Positions 8,334 to 18,736 are shown, counted from the first letter of the stretch. The stretch: DNA of 64,000 nucleotides from an uncultured Sphingomonadales bacterium (GCA_963922745.1 CAWUKF010000001.1:183-64182); one strand, 5' to 3'. Notes: generated by a model not told the origin, from the letters alone. Numbers and translations: made by a program.

Positions 8334-9719
8334 GTGACCAGTGCGACGCTTCTTTTTCTCGTGATCGGGCTGGGCCTGATGGCGTGGTTTTTCGGGCGCC
8401 TCAAGGCAGCCGGCCTGCAGACCCGTGACGTCGGCTCCCGCTCGGTGCTGCATTCGCTTCCCAATTACCATGGCTGGTATGTCGCCTTGTGGGCGATACT
8501 GCCCGCGCTCATTTTCATGGCCGTCTGGAGCTTCGTCAGTCCGGCGCTGATCACCGATGCCGCGCTGACCAGCCCCGCTGCCGCGCAATTGCCGCAGGAG
8601 GGTTTCGCCCGGGCGGCAATATTGTCGGAGGCGCGCGCCATTGCCTATGGCAATCAGGTCAATGCCTTCAACCCGCTGTCCCAGTCGATGGTGGAGCCCT
8701 ATCGAGAGGCCATCACCTATTACCAGATGATCGGAGCGGTCGCGGCGCTGTTGCTGGTTTTTGCCTGCGGCGCCTATGCTTGGCTGAAAATCAAGCCCGA
8801 TCTGCGGGCACGAACGAAAATCGAGCGGGTGACCATGCTGCTGCTGCTGCTCGCGTCGCTGATCGCAATCATCACTACGGTCGGCATTTTCCTCTCGCTG
8901 GTCTTTGAAACGGCCCGCTTCTTCTCGATGGTTTCGCCGATCGATTTCCTGTTCGGTACCGAATGGAATCCGAAGGCGGTTGCGGGGCCCCGGGGCGAAA
9001 CCGGATTTGGTGCCATCCCCCTGTTCTGGGGAACCGTCTTCATCGGCGCGATCATCGCGATGATCGTGGCAATCCCGCTCGGATTGATGAGCGCGATCTA
9101 TCTAACGCAATATGCACCGGCAAAACTCCGGTCATGGATGAAGCCGATCCTGGAAGTGCTCGCGGGCGTGCCGACCGTAGTCTATGGCTATTTTGCGGCG
9201 CTGACCGTGGCCCCTGCCCTGCGCGACTTTGCGGTTTCCATCGGCATTTCCAATGCGTCTTCGGAATCAGCCCTGGCAGCCGGCGTCGTGATGGGCATCA
9301 TGATCATCCCTTTCGTTTCGTCTATGGCCGATGACAGTATCGCTGCCGTGCCAAGCGCGATGCGGGACGGATCGCTGGCGATGGGTGCCACGCACAGCGA
9401 AACTATCAAGAAGGTGCTGATCCCCGCCGCCCTGCCCGGTGTCGTCGGCGGCGTGCTGCTGGCGGTGAGCCGGGCGATCGGTGAAACGATGATCGTGGTG
9501 ATGGCCGCGGGCCTGGCTGCCAACATGACCGCCAACCCCTTCTCCAGTGTGACCACGGTGACCACACAGATCGTGCAGCTGCTGACCGGTGACCAGGAAT
9601 TTGACAGCCCCAAAACCCTGGCGGCCTTTGCCCTCGGTCTGGTGCTGTTCATCGTCACCCTGTTGCTCAATCTGATCGCCCTGCGCGTCGTCAAAAAATA
9701 TCGGGAAGCATATGAATAG
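8334..9719 (+). CDS. pstC: Phosphate ABC transporter permease
   Basis: Multiple TM segments, LAGVPTVVYG and SRAIGETM; operon position. Confidence 0.95.
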   Translation: MTSATLLFLVIGLGLMAWFFGRLKAAGLQTRDVGSRSVLHSLPNYHGWYVALWAILPALIFMAVWSFVSPALITDAALTSPAAAQLPQEGFARAAILSEARAIAYGNQVNAFNPLSQSMVEPYREAITYYQMIGAVAALLLVFACGAYAWLKIKPDLRARTKIERVTMLLLLLASLIAIITTVGIFLSLVFETARFFSMVSPIDFLFGTEWNPKAVAGPRGETGFGAIPLFWGTVFIGAIIAMIVAIPLGLMSAIYLTQYAPAKLRSWMKPILEVLAGVPTVVYGYFAALTVAPALRDFAVSIGISNASSESALAAGVVMGIMIIPFVSSMADDSIAAVPSAMRDGSLAMGATHSETIKKVLIPAALPGVVGGVLLAVSRAIGETMIVVMAAGLAANMTANPFSSVTTVTTQIVQLLTGDQEFDSPKTLAAFALGLVLFIVTLLLNLIALRVVKKYREAYE

Positions 9720-10974
9720 TCTCACCGACACAGGCCGCCGTCCGACGGACTGGCAAGGCGCTGACATGCAGAAGCGGATCGCCGGGCGCTATGCGGCCGA
9801 ACGCCGGTTCAAGGCGATGGGCATCGCGGCAATCGTGCTGTCCGCTGGTTTTCTGGCTTTCCTGCTGGTGGTCATGGTCGGCAACGGATTCCGCGGCTTC
9901 ACACAGACCGAACTGCCGGTTCAGATAGATTTTCCGGCTGTCACCGGCGGCGCCTCTGCCAGCCAGTTCGTGGGAAACAATGCCGAGGCCAATCTGCAAA
10001 CCCTCGGGTTGCGGGATATTGTCGATAGCAGCATTGAAATCGAATATGGCCGGCAAGGCTCCGAACTGTTCTCGCAGGGCGGATGGACTGCGGTCAGCGC
10101 TGCAATCCTGAACGATCCGGAGATCGTCGAACGGAAGGCCACTGTCTACCTGCCGGTCGCGTCGGATATCGACGTCGCCTACAAGGGCAGCGGGACCGCC
10201 GAAGCCGAGGAGCAGGTCCGGAAACTGGACGGCCAGCTTTCGACCGGCTTCAACTGGAATTTCCTGAGCAATTCGGACGCCACCGACCCGATGCAGGTCG
10301 GCATTTGGGGCGCGTTCAAAGGCTCGCTGATCACCATGATCGTGACCTTGATGCTGGCCTTTCCGGTTGGTGTACTGGCGGCACTATATCTCGAGGAATA
10401 TGCGCCCAAGAACCGGCTGACCGACCTGATCGAGGTGTCGATCAATAATCTTGCGGCCGTTCCTTCGATCATATTCGGCCTCCTCGGTCTGGCGGTGTTT
10501 CTGAATTTCTTCGGCATGCCCAGGTCCGGCGCGCTGGTCGGCGGTCTGACCCTCGCCCTGATGACCATGCCGGTAATCGTCATTTCCGGTCGCAACGCGG
10601 TCAAATCGGTTCCGCCCTCGATCCGCGAGGCCGCGCTCGGAATCGGTGCAAGCCCGCTGCAGGTCGTGTTCCACCACGTCCTGCCACTGGCCCTGCCCGG
10701 CATATTGACCGGCACCATCATCGGCATGGCACGCGCTCTTGGCGAAACTGCCCCGCTGCTGATGATCGGGATGCGGGCCTTCATCGCCACGCCGCCGGAC
10801 GGGATCACCGACCCGGCCACCGTGTTGCCGGTCCAGATATTCCTGTGGTCGGATGAAGTCGACCGCGGCTTTGTCGAGAAGACCTCGGCAGCGATCATCG
10901 TGCTATTGTTGTTCCTTCTGGTCATGAATGCCCTCGCGATTTATCTTCGCAATCGTTTCGAAACGCGCTGGTAG
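9712..10974 (+). CDS. pstA: Phosphate ABC transporter permease
   Basis: [20 protein letters not shown] and [10 protein letters not shown]; overlaps pstC. Confidence 0.95.
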   Translation: MNSLTDTGRRPTDWQGADMQKRIAGRYAAERRFKAMGIAAIVLSAGFLAFLLVVMVGNGFRGFTQTELPVQIDFPAVTGGASASQFVGNNAEANLQTLGLRDIVDSSIEIEYGRQGSELFSQGGWTAVSAAILNDPEIVERKATVYLPVASDIDVAYKGSGTAEAEEQVRKLDGQLSTGFNWNFLSNSDATDPMQVGIWGAFKGSLITMIVTLMLAFPVGVLAALYLEEYAPKNRLTDLIEVSINNLAAVPSIIFGLLGLAVFLNFFGMPRSGALVGGLTLALMTMPVIVISGRNAVKSVPPSIREAALGIGASPLQVVFHHVLPLALPGILTGTIIGMARALGETAPLLMIGMRAFIATPPDGITDPATVLPVQIFLWSDEVDRGFVEKTSAAIIVLLLFLLVMNALAIYLRNRFETRW

Positions 10975-10981
10975 GCCGACG

Positions 10982-11824
10982 ATGCATGACGAACCAAAAA
11001 CTCTCGAACCGAGCGAAAGCGTAAATATGACAGATTCGGCCACCCCAGCCATGACCACCGGAAGCGGAACGCCGAAAATGACGGCACGCCATGTTGACGT
11101 ATTCTATGGTGACAAGCAGGCAATCAACGATGTGTCGATCGACGTGAACATGGACGCAGTCACCGCCTTCATCGGTCCGTCCGGCTGTGGCAAGTCGACC
11201 TTCCTGCGCTGCATGAACCGGATGAACGATACCATTCCGATCGCCCGCGTCACCGGCGAGATCAAGTTGGAAGGCGAGGATATCTATGCCTCGCGAATGG
11301 ACGTGGTGCAGCTGCGCGCCCGGGTCGGCATGGTGTTCCAGAAACCCAATCCTTTTCCCAAGTCCATTTATGACAATATTGCTTATGGTCCACGCATTCA
11401 CGGGCTGGCGACCGGCAAGGAAGATCTCGACGAGATCGTCGAATCGTCGCTCCAGCGCGCCGGTCTCTGGGGCGAAGTGAAAGACCGATTGCAGGACAGC
11501 GGCACCGCCTTGTCGGGCGGCCAGCAGCAGCGCCTGTGCATCGCCCGCGCGATTGCCGTCGATCCCGAGGTGATCCTCATGGATGAGCCCTGCTCGGCGC
11601 TCGATCCGATCGCTACCGCCAAGATCGAGGAACTAATTCACGAACTGCGCGGAAAATATGCTATAGTCATCGTAACCCATAATATGCAGCAAGCCGCACG
11701 CGTCTCCCAAAAAACAGCGTTTTTCCATCTCGGCACTCTGGTGGAATATGGCGAGACGACCGATATATTCACCAATCCGCGCGAAGAAAAAACGCGGGAT
11801 TATATCACTGGTCGCTACGGCTGA
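10982..11824 (+). CDS. pstB: Phosphate ABC transporter ATP-binding protein
   Basis: [32 protein letters not shown] and YITGRYG. Start uncertain (10982 or 11027). Confidence 0.96.
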   Translation: MHDEPKTLEPSESVNMTDSATPAMTTGSGTPKMTARHVDVFYGDKQAINDVSIDVNMDAVTAFIGPSGCGKSTFLRCMNRMNDTIPIARVTGEIKLEGEDIYASRMDVVQLRARVGMVFQKPNPFPKSIYDNIAYGPRIHGLATGKEDLDEIVESSLQRAGLWGEVKDRLQDSGTALSGGQQQRLCIARAIAVDPEVILMDEPCSALDPIATAKIEELIHELRGKYAIVIVTHNMQQAARVSQKTAFFHLGTLVEYGETTDIFTNPREEKTRDYITGRYG

Positions 11825-11847
11825 TTTATCGATGAACAGGATTAAAA

Positions 11848-12579
11848 ATGGTCAATAGTGGCACAGAACATACCGTAAAAGCGTTCGATTCGGACATCAA
11901 CGAATTGCGGGGCATGGTCGCCGAAATTGGTGGCCGCAGCGAGCAGGCCATTGCCAAGGCGATGCGCGCTCTGGAAAAGAGCGATCTCGAGCTGGCGGCT
12001 GAAGTCGTGCGCGAGGACAAGCTGATCGACGATCTCGAAAAACGGATCGACGAGCTGACTTTCCAGACAATAGCATTGCGCGCGCCGATGGCCGACGACC
12101 TCAGGGAATTGATCGCGACGTTCAAGATATCCGGCGTGGTTGAACGGATCGGTGACTATGCGAAAAATATTGCCAAGCGGGTGCCTCTGGTTACCCAGAC
12201 GCATCGACTGCGCCCGATATCGTTGCTGCCGTCCATGTCGAAAATTGCCAGCGAACTGGTCCGCGACTCGCTCGACGCCTTCGCCAGGCGCGATGCCGAG
12301 CTGGCGATGGAAGTGAACCGGCGCGACCAGATCGTGGACGATTTCTACAACAGCATTTTTCGCGCCGTGATCACCCATATGATCGAAAATCCGAAGGATA
12401 TTGGCGAAGCGGCGCATTTGCTGTTCATTGCCAAGAATCTCGAACGGATCGGCGACCACGCGACCAATGTCGCGGAAATGGTCTATTTTGCCGCGACCGG
12501 TGAGCCGATGCCCGAGCGGACCCGCGGCGAAAACCCGGCGACGCCGAACGACAAAGCTGTTGAAGACGAGGCCAACTGA
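11848..12579 (+). CDS. phoU: Phosphate signalling complex protein
   Basis: Two repeats, ERIGDYAKNIA and LERIGDHATNVAE. Confidence 0.96.
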   Translation: MVNSGTEHTVKAFDSDINELRGMVAEIGGRSEQAIAKAMRALEKSDLELAAEVVREDKLIDDLEKRIDELTFQTIALRAPMADDLRELIATFKISGVVERIGDYAKNIAKRVPLVTQTHRLRPISLLPSMSKIASELVRDSLDAFARRDAELAMEVNRRDQIVDDFYNSIFRAVITHMIENPKDIGEAAHLLFIAKNLERIGDHATNVAEMVYFAATGEPMPERTRGENPATPNDKAVEDEAN

Positions 12580-13280
12580 TGCCCAACGCAAAATTACTGC
12601 TGGTAGAAGATGATGCCGCCCTTGCGGAACTTCTGAGCTGGAACTTCAAAAAAGAAGAATATGACGTGATCCACACCCCGGATGGCGAGGAAGCACTTCT
12701 GCTGGTCCAGGAACATCGGCCAGACGTGATCCTGCTCGACTGGATGCTGGAGAGCCTGTCCGGCATCGAGGTCTGCCGCCGCCTCAGAAGATCCTCGGAA
12801 ACCGCCAATATTCCGATCATCATGCTGACCGCCCGCGGTGAGGAAGAGGACAAGATTCGCGGCCTTGAAACCGGTGCCGACGACTATATCACCAAGCCGT
12901 TCAGTCCGCGCGAGCTGATTGCGCGGGTGAAGGCCGTGCTGCGCCGGGTGCGCCCTGCCCTAGCCGGGGAAAAGCTGAGCTTCGGTGATCTGGAAATGGA
13001 CACCGTCGGCCACAAGGTCAAACGCGCCGGCGACACAATTCCGCTGGGACCGACCGAGTTTCGCCTGCTCCGCCATTTTCTTGAACATCCCAACTGGGTC
13101 TTTTCGCGCGAACGGCTGCTTGACAGTGTATGGGGCCAGGACAGCGATATCGAGCTCCGGACAGTCGACGTCCATATCCGGCGGCTGCGCAAGGCACTAA
13201 ATGCCAATGGCCGGTCGGATATCATCCGTACGGTGCGGTCGGCAGGCTATGCGCTCGATACCGACGCCGCTGGCGGATAA
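12579..13280 (+). CDS. phoB: Phosphate regulon response regulator
   Basis: Receiver domain (LLDWML, GADDYITKPFS) plus OmpR-type wHTH (LGPTEFRLL, RTVDVHIRRLRK). Confidence 0.96.
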   Translation: MPNAKLLLVEDDAALAELLSWNFKKEEYDVIHTPDGEEALLLVQEHRPDVILLDWMLESLSGIEVCRRLRRSSETANIPIIMLTARGEEEDKIRGLETGADDYITKPFSPRELIARVKAVLRRVRPALAGEKLSFGDLEMDTVGHKVKRAGDTIPLGPTEFRLLRHFLEHPNWVFSRERLLDSVWGQDSDIELRTVDVHIRRLRKALNANGRSDIIRTVRSAGYALDTDAAGG

Positions 13281-13319
13281 TCTGCAGCAGTCACCGCTCT
13301 TGGCGGATATGTCTGACGG

Positions 13320-13673
13320 TTAGTCGGCCACCAATTTCAACAATTTGCGCTCGACCGGGGCCAACACCCCCGCCAGTTCATGGCCGCGCTTCAATATTTG
13401 TCCCTGCTCGCCGTGCAATGACCACATACCCTGGCGGTTGCGTTCGGCGGGGCGCTTTTCGATCCGGATCTGCGGCCGTTCCGAGGCGCGGCGAAAGGCA
13501 GCAAACACGGCCACATCACGGCGCATATCCATGGCATAATCCTTCCAGTGACCGGCAGCGACCATGCGGCCATAGAGGTTGAGAATACGGTCCAGTTCGC
13601 GACGCTCGAAACCCACCTGGGATGGACTACCCCGCTGCGGAAAGGGAGATATGTTGGAGTCCGTGAAACGCAT
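13320..13673 (-). CDS. DUF2794-like conserved protein
   Basis: FERRELDRILNLYGRMVAAGHWKDYAMD...GQILKRGHEL is typical of this alphaproteobacterial family; coupled to cysE. Confidence 0.8.
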   Translation of the reverse strand: MRFTDSNISPFPQRGSPSQVGFERRELDRILNLYGRMVAAGHWKDYAMDMRRDVAVFAAFRRASERPQIRIEKRPAERNRQGMWSLHGEQGQILKRGHELAGVLAPVERKLLKLVAD

Positions 13674-14377
13674 CAGGCGCTGTCACGCCCCTTTTTCTGG
13701 ATGTCTTCCTCGCCCCCATTGCGCTCCTGGGCGAAGGCGGCAAGTCGCTTCTGCAGCTGCTCCATTTCGCACTGTAAAATCTCCAGCTTTTGCGTCGAGG
13801 GATCGAAAATCTCGCTGCAGGGCGTGCCATAGGGAACGAAGTCCTTCTGATATTGCTGCGCTTCGACGAGCGTCGGGCGGGCGCGAACGCCGACCATCGT
13901 CGCCCCTTCCGGCACGTCCTGGGTGACCACGGCATTGGCACCGACGCGGGCTCTTTTACCCACCGTGATCGGCCCGAGAACCTGCGCTCCGGAGCCGAGA
14001 ATGACATCATCTTCGATCGTCGGATGGCGCTTGCCGCCCACACCGTTGGTCGGATTGGTGCCGCCGAGGGTTACGCATTGATAGATGGTGACATTGTCGC
14101 CGATATGAGCGGTTTCCCCAATGACCGTGAAGCCATGGTCGATAAACAGATGCCTGCCGATCTTCGCGCCTGGGTGAATATCGATGGCGGTAAGAAATCG
14201 CGCGATATGGTTTACCAGGCGGGCAAAGAAATAAAGCTCGCCCCGAAACAGCCAATGGGCAACCCGGTGGAGACCGATTGCCAGCACCCCGGGATAGAGC
14301 AGCACTTCCCAACGGGATCGCGGAGCGGGATCGCGCGCCTTGATGGAATCCAGATAAGCGCCTAGTTCCCGAAACAT
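13673..14377 (-). CDS. cysE: Serine O-acetyltransferase
   Basis: RDPAPRS...YPG, DIHPGAKIG, VTLGGT and KRHPTI hexapeptide fold. Confidence 0.93.
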   Translation of the reverse strand: MFRELGAYLDSIKARDPAPRSRWEVLLYPGVLAIGLHRVAHWLFRGELYFFARLVNHIARFLTAIDIHPGAKIGRHLFIDHGFTVIGETAHIGDNVTIYQCVTLGGTNPTNGVGGKRHPTIEDDVILGSGAQVLGPITVGKRARVGANAVVTQDVPEGATMVGVRARPTLVEAQQYQKDFVPYGTPCSEIFDPSTQKLEILQCEMEQLQKRLAAFAQERNGGEEDIQKKGRDSA

Positions 14378-14495
14378 ATATTCCCTCCGGATATTGCCGA
14401 ATAGTCAAACTAGGCACGACAAGCGCCCATTTCCAGTCTTTTTTTGCAACCGAACCGGGATGACCCTTTTCAAAGCGGTCATTATCACTATATTA

Positions 14496-14529
14496 GATCA
14501 ATATTCTTCTATTGATCGAAAGCCTCGAT
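14496..14529. promoter_or_regulatory. Palindromic operator-like sites in the cysE/oxyR divergent region
   Basis: GATCAATA-N6-TATTGATC (14496-14517) and ATCG-N7-CGAT (14515-14529), the latter containing a LysR-type T-N11-A; ends 1 nt before the oxyR ATG. Confidence 0.5.
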
Positions 14530-14530
14530 A

Positions 14531-15454
14531 ATGTCGACCTACCTTCCCACTCTCAAGCAGCTACAATATCTGGTCGCACTCAAGGAGCACGGCCATTTCG
14601 GCAAGGCAGCCGAATCCTGCTTTGTCACCCAGTCGACATTGTCCGCAGGGATAAAGGAACTCGAAGCCTTGCTGGATATCGTGCTGGTCGAGCGCACACG
14701 CCGGGTCGTCCGCTTCACCGAACTGGGCAACCAGATGGTTGAAAAGGCCTACCGTATCCTCCGGGAAGCGGAAGAGCTGTCGGAAATGGCGCGGTCAGCC
14801 GGCAAACCTCTCGCAGGCGATATCAGGATGAGCGTAATTCCCACCATCGCACCCTTTCTCCTGCCGCGTCTGCTGCCGCAACTGCGCAGGGAACGACCCG
14901 AGCTGAAACTCTATCTCAAGGAGGAAACCAGCCAGGCGGCTTGTGATTCGTTGCACCATGGCCATGCGGACTGTGTGCTGCTTGCCCAACCCTTTCCTTG
15001 CGGAGATGTAGAATCGGAGATTCTGTTCAGTGACGAGATTCTCGTGGCCTTCCCGAAAAACGACCCGCGGGACCCGCCGCTTGAGGTCGATCCGGCGCAG
15101 ATCGACGAGACGCAACTGCTTCTGCTGGAAGACGGACACTGCCTCAAGGACCATGCTCTGGCCGCCTGCAACCGCCCGGAATTGCGCGCCTCCGCCCGGA
15201 TGATGGGAACCTCGCTGCACACTCTGGTGCAGATGGTCGATAACGGCCTCGGTCTGACCCTGCTTCCCAAGATGGCGATCGACAGCGGCATTTTGAACTA
15301 TACGGACATTGTCGCCAGGCCCCTGACCTCTGACCGGGCAACACGGGACATCGCTCTGGTCTGGCGGAAGAACAGTCCGCGGCGCAGCGAATTTCAGCTA
15401 TTGGCGGAAATCATGAAGGGTGCGCGGAACTGGGAGTCAAAGGCGCACGAATAA
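14531..15454 (+). CDS. oxyR: LysR-family hydrogen peroxide-inducible regulator
   Basis: LysR HTH (HFGKAAESCFVTQSTLS), IPTIAPFLLP and LLEDGHCLKDHALAAC with the OxyR C-x8-C redox pair. Confidence 0.88.
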   Translation: MSTYLPTLKQLQYLVALKEHGHFGKAAESCFVTQSTLSAGIKELEALLDIVLVERTRRVVRFTELGNQMVEKAYRILREAEELSEMARSAGKPLAGDIRMSVIPTIAPFLLPRLLPQLRRERPELKLYLKEETSQAACDSLHHGHADCVLLAQPFPCGDVESEILFSDEILVAFPKNDPRDPPLEVDPAQIDETQLLLLEDGHCLKDHALAACNRPELRASARMMGTSLHTLVQMVDNGLGLTLLPKMAIDSGILNYTDIVARPLTSDRATRDIALVWRKNSPRRSEFQLLAEIMKGARNWESKAHE

Positions 15455-15463
15455 AAGATGCTT

Positions 15464-15907
15464 CTAATTCTTCCATTTTGATGCGGCCGCGATATCCGAT
15501 TCCCGCTCCTCGATCCATTTCGTGCCCCCATCGCTGCGGGATTCTTTCTTCCAGAAGGGGGCGACAGTCTTCAGCTTGTCCATGATGAATGAACAGGATT
15601 CCATCGCCGCCTCGCGGTGATCGGATCCGGTCACGACCAGCACGATATTCTCTCCAACCGCCAATATTCCGACCCGATGGATGATCGTCACCGCACGCAG
15701 GGACCAGTCGGCCAGAGCCTGTTCGGCAATTTCCGTGAGCGCCTTTTCGGTCATCGCCGGATAATGTTCGAGTTCGAGCGAGGCTATATCGCCGTCGTCC
15801 CGGACCTGACCGACAAAATTGGCTATAGCACCACCGCCCTGCGCAGCCACCTGCCGCGTTTCCGCACCTATGTCGAAATCTTCCGGGCCGACCGCGATCC
15901 TGATCAT
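15464..15907 (-). CDS. moaE: Molybdopterin synthase catalytic subunit
   Basis: LELEHYPAM, IHRVG, HREAA and KLKTVAPFWKKE. Confidence 0.95.
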   Translation of the reverse strand: MIRIAVGPEDFDIGAETRQVAAQGGGAIANFVGQVRDDGDIASLELEHYPAMTEKALTEIAEQALADWSLRAVTIIHRVGILAVGENIVLVVTGSDHREAAMESCSFIMDKLKTVAPFWKKESRSDGGTKWIEERESDIAAASKWKN

Positions 15908-16167
15908 CCGCCCGTAACCGGCGGAAAAATCGCCAGCTCCGTGGCCGACCCGATCGGGGACGACAAAAGACCATAATCCTGATCAAGGGCGAAGCGCAAT
16001 TTGCCAACATCGGAAAAAATGTCCGCATAGGTCGGGGCCCGCCCCGACAGGATTCTCACCACGTCGCCAATCGTTTCGGTTTCGTCCTCCAGCAGCATCT
16101 GCTCATGGTCGATGCCAAGCCGTTCTCGCACCCAGGCGAAATAGACGATGTTGAGCGAGCGCGTCAT
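15904..16167 (-). CDS. moaD: Molybdopterin synthase sulfur carrier subunit
   Basis: C-terminal 87 aa of ORF 15904..16602: MTRSLNIVYFAWVRERLG...ELAIFPPVTGG; the ATG overlaps the pgsA stop. Confidence 0.93.
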   Translation of the reverse strand: MTRSLNIVYFAWVRERLGIDHEQMLLEDETETIGDVVRILSGRAPTYADIFSDVGKLRFALDQDYGLLSSPIGSATELAIFPPVTGG

Positions 16168-16739
16168 CAGTCCATGTGCTTCAGGCCGACACGCAGATAG
16201 TCCCATCCGGTAATCAGCGTCAGAATGGCTGCTGCCCAGAGGGTCCAAAGACCGACGGTCTGCACGACAGGGAAATGCGGCAAGCCCCCGGCCAGTATCA
16301 GGGCGCCGAGAGAAATCATCTGAAATCCGGTTTTCCACTTTGCCAGCTGGGACACCGGCACGCTGACCTGCAAGCCGGCCAGAAACTCGCGCAGGCCGGA
16401 TACCATGATCTCGCGCAGCAGGATCACAATGGCGGCGATCGTGTGCCATCCATTGATGTCGCGGGTGAAGATCAGCATGAGGACGACGGCTGCTACCATG
16501 ATCTTGTCGGCGATCGGATCGAGAAATATCCCGAGCTTCGACACCGTTCCCTGCGTCCGGGCCAGATAGCCGTCGAAATAGTCGGTGACCGCCATCAGGC
16601 AATAGAGACCAAAGGCCAGCAAATAGTCGATCGGCAAGGGCTGCTCGGCGAATTTGTTGAAGTTCGGCCAGAGCAGGAATACCAGAATCGGAACCGCAAA
16701 TATCCGCGAGAGTGTCAATATGTTAGGCAAATTCAGCAT
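16167..16739 (-). CDS. pgsA: CDP-diacylglycerol--glycerol-3-phosphate 3-phosphatidyltransferase
   Basis: MLNLPNILTLSRI and TDYFDGYLAR...GIFLDPIADK, the CDP-alcohol phosphotransferase motif. Confidence 0.95.
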   Translation of the reverse strand: MLNLPNILTLSRIFAVPILVFLLWPNFNKFAEQPLPIDYLLAFGLYCLMAVTDYFDGYLARTQGTVSKLGIFLDPIADKIMVAAVVLMLIFTRDINGWHTIAAIVILLREIMVSGLREFLAGLQVSVPVSQLAKWKTGFQMISLGALILAGGLPHFPVVQTVGLWTLWAAAILTLITGWDYLRVGLKHMD

Positions 16740-16908
16740 CGCGGCTTTCGCATAAACGGATTTGCCCGAAATGAAAATTGATTCAGCAGACTGAGGCCGA
16801 TTCATCGTGCTCGCCCCCGGACGATCTAGCCGTCGAGTTGACGTTAGGACTGAATGGGCTAAGGGTAAACCGACGCTCCTTTTTCTCCTAGAACAGAGTT
16901 TTCATTTT

Positions 16909-18195
16909 ATGCAGAATACGGCGCATTTGCTGCGGACGAAACGGTTTTTGCCACTGTTCCTGACGCAGCTTCTTGGAGCATTTAACGACAATCTGTTCAA
17001 ATTCTCGATGGTGATCCTGGTGACCTACGGCATCTACCAGAGTGAATCCGAGGATTTCGCCTTCAATGCCCTGGCTTCCGGGCTCTTCATCCTGCCGTTT
17101 TTCCTTTTTTCGTCGCTCGCCGGCCAGTTGGCGGACAATTATGACAAGGCACGGATCACCCGCCTGGTAAAAACGCTTGAGATATTCATCGCGGTGATCG
17201 GCGGGGTCGGTCTTTGGCTGCACAATATTCCGGTGATGCTGACCGCCCTGTTTCTCCTTGGCCTGCAATCGACCTTTTTCGGCCCGATCAAATATGCGGT
17301 GCTTCCGCAGCACCTCGAGAAGGACGAGGTTCTTGCCGGAACCGGCCTGGTGGAAGCCGGTACTTATATCGCAATTCTCGCGGGAACGATTCTGGGTGGC
17401 ATCATCATCGATCGCGACGGCAATGGCGTCGAGATTGCGATTGTCACGGTCTTTCTGGTGGCGCTGATTGGCCGGGTCGCGGCGCAGTTCATGCCGCCGG
17501 CGCCGGCCCAGAAGGAAGTTGAGAAAATCGATTTCAATTTTGTCCGCTCGTCGATCAGCCTGATCTCAGCGACCTTGCATGTTCGGAAATTGTATCTGGC
17601 GATCATCGCGATCAGTTTCTTCTGGACGATCGGATCGGTCATGATCATCCAGTTTCCACCGCTGGTCGAGAATGTGCTCACCGCGACGCCGGAAGTGGCC
17701 AGCCTGTTCCTCGGCGTATTCTCTATGGGCATTGCAATCGGCTCGGTTCTCGTCAACCGTCTCTTGAAAAGCCAGGTGTCGGCGCGCTTTGCTCCGGCAA
17801 GCGTCATCCTGATGGGTGTCTTTGTCGTGATTCTCTATTTTATAGCCCACAGCTGGCAGGGCCTGCCCGATGGCCAGCTATACACGTTTGAAACATTCAT
17901 CGTTCATGACGGGGCATGGGCGTTGCTCGGCACGCTCGGCGGCGTATCGATATTCGGCGGCATGTTCGTCGTGCCGCTGTATGCCTTTCTGACAACGACC
18001 GTCGACATCAGCCAGACGGCCCGGACGATTGCCGCCAACAATGTAGTCAATTCGGGCTGCATGGTGCTGGGTGCCCTGGTCGCCCTGGGTCTCAGCATGC
18101 TCGGGGTGTCTACCACCGAACAGCTTCTGCTGGTGGCCGCCATGTGCCTGGTGGCCGCATGGCTGGGGCAGCAACTGCATCGCGCCTGCGACTGA
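16909..18195 (+). CDS. MFS transporter, LplT/Aas-type lysophospholipid transporter-like
   Basis: RFLPLFLTQLLGAFNDNLFK, FFGPIKYAVLP and ARTIAANNVVN; about 12 TM segments. Confidence 0.8.
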   Translation: MQNTAHLLRTKRFLPLFLTQLLGAFNDNLFKFSMVILVTYGIYQSESEDFAFNALASGLFILPFFLFSSLAGQLADNYDKARITRLVKTLEIFIAVIGGVGLWLHNIPVMLTALFLLGLQSTFFGPIKYAVLPQHLEKDEVLAGTGLVEAGTYIAILAGTILGGIIIDRDGNGVEIAIVTVFLVALIGRVAAQFMPPAPAQKEVEKIDFNFVRSSISLISATLHVRKLYLAIIAISFFWTIGSVMIIQFPPLVENVLTATPEVASLFLGVFSMGIAIGSVLVNRLLKSQVSARFAPASVILMGVFVVILYFIAHSWQGLPDGQLYTFETFIVHDGAWALLGTLGGVSIFGGMFVVPLYAFLTTTVDISQTARTIAANNVVNSGCMVLGALVALGLSMLGVSTTEQLLLVAAMCLVAAWLGQQLHRACD

Positions 18196-18213
18196 CCGCC
18201 AGTCAGGGCGTCC

Positions 18214-18438
18214 TCAGAAAATGAACATGTAGAAGGCCGTAAAGAAAGCCAAAAAGCTTAACAGGAAGAGGCTGGCATCGTCACCAAAACTGCTGGCTCT
18301 GGCAAGCGCTCTCGCTTCCGACTCATGTTCCTCTCTCGCGATTTGCACGATTGCCATTGGCAGGCTTTGACGAAACGGGTGTCGTATCGCTTCGTCGTGC
18401 AGAACCAGAGGTCTTAATCTGTGTCTTTCCATGACCAC
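18214..18438 (-). CDS. Small protein with a C-terminal membrane anchor
   Basis: 74 aa filling an otherwise empty gap; ends in DDASLFLLSFLAFFTAFYMFIF. Confidence 0.55.
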   Translation of the reverse strand: MVMERHRLRPLVLHDEAIRHPFRQSLPMAIVQIAREEHESEARALARASSFGDDASLFLLSFLAFFTAFYMFIF

Positions 18439-18440
18439 TG

Positions 18441-18493
18441 GTTAACAGTTTGTTATGCATGTTTGCGAGTCCGAATTTCCCCTCGATGGTTAA
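18441..18493 (-). promoter_or_regulatory. Putative CtrA binding sites
   Basis: Minus strand ATAA-N7-TTAAC (18456-18441; one mismatch to TTAA-N7-TTAAC) and the half-site TTAACCAT (18493-18486). Confidence 0.45.
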
Positions 18494-18736
18494 CGTCTTG
18501 ATTTGGAACAGCGTTGAAAATCCACGGTTTTCAGACCGGGCTGGGTGGCAAGAACGGAGTAAGGCCGGCAAGCTGCGAAAAGCCGTATCTCTCCGGGTGA
18601 AACGCAAATCTGTGTGATCTTTGCAACGAAAGGCGGAGATTCCTTTTTTCAGCAATAAGATGGTTGATTTCAGCATCCTATTATGCCAATGCTCCCCGCG
18701 TATTGAATGAAATGCGAAACCCCAAAGGAGCTAATT

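Noticed and set aside
15904-16602. 232-aa MoaD fusion suggested by the ORF track
   Set aside because: The N-terminal 145 aa overlap pgsA in another frame; MoaD starts at 16167.
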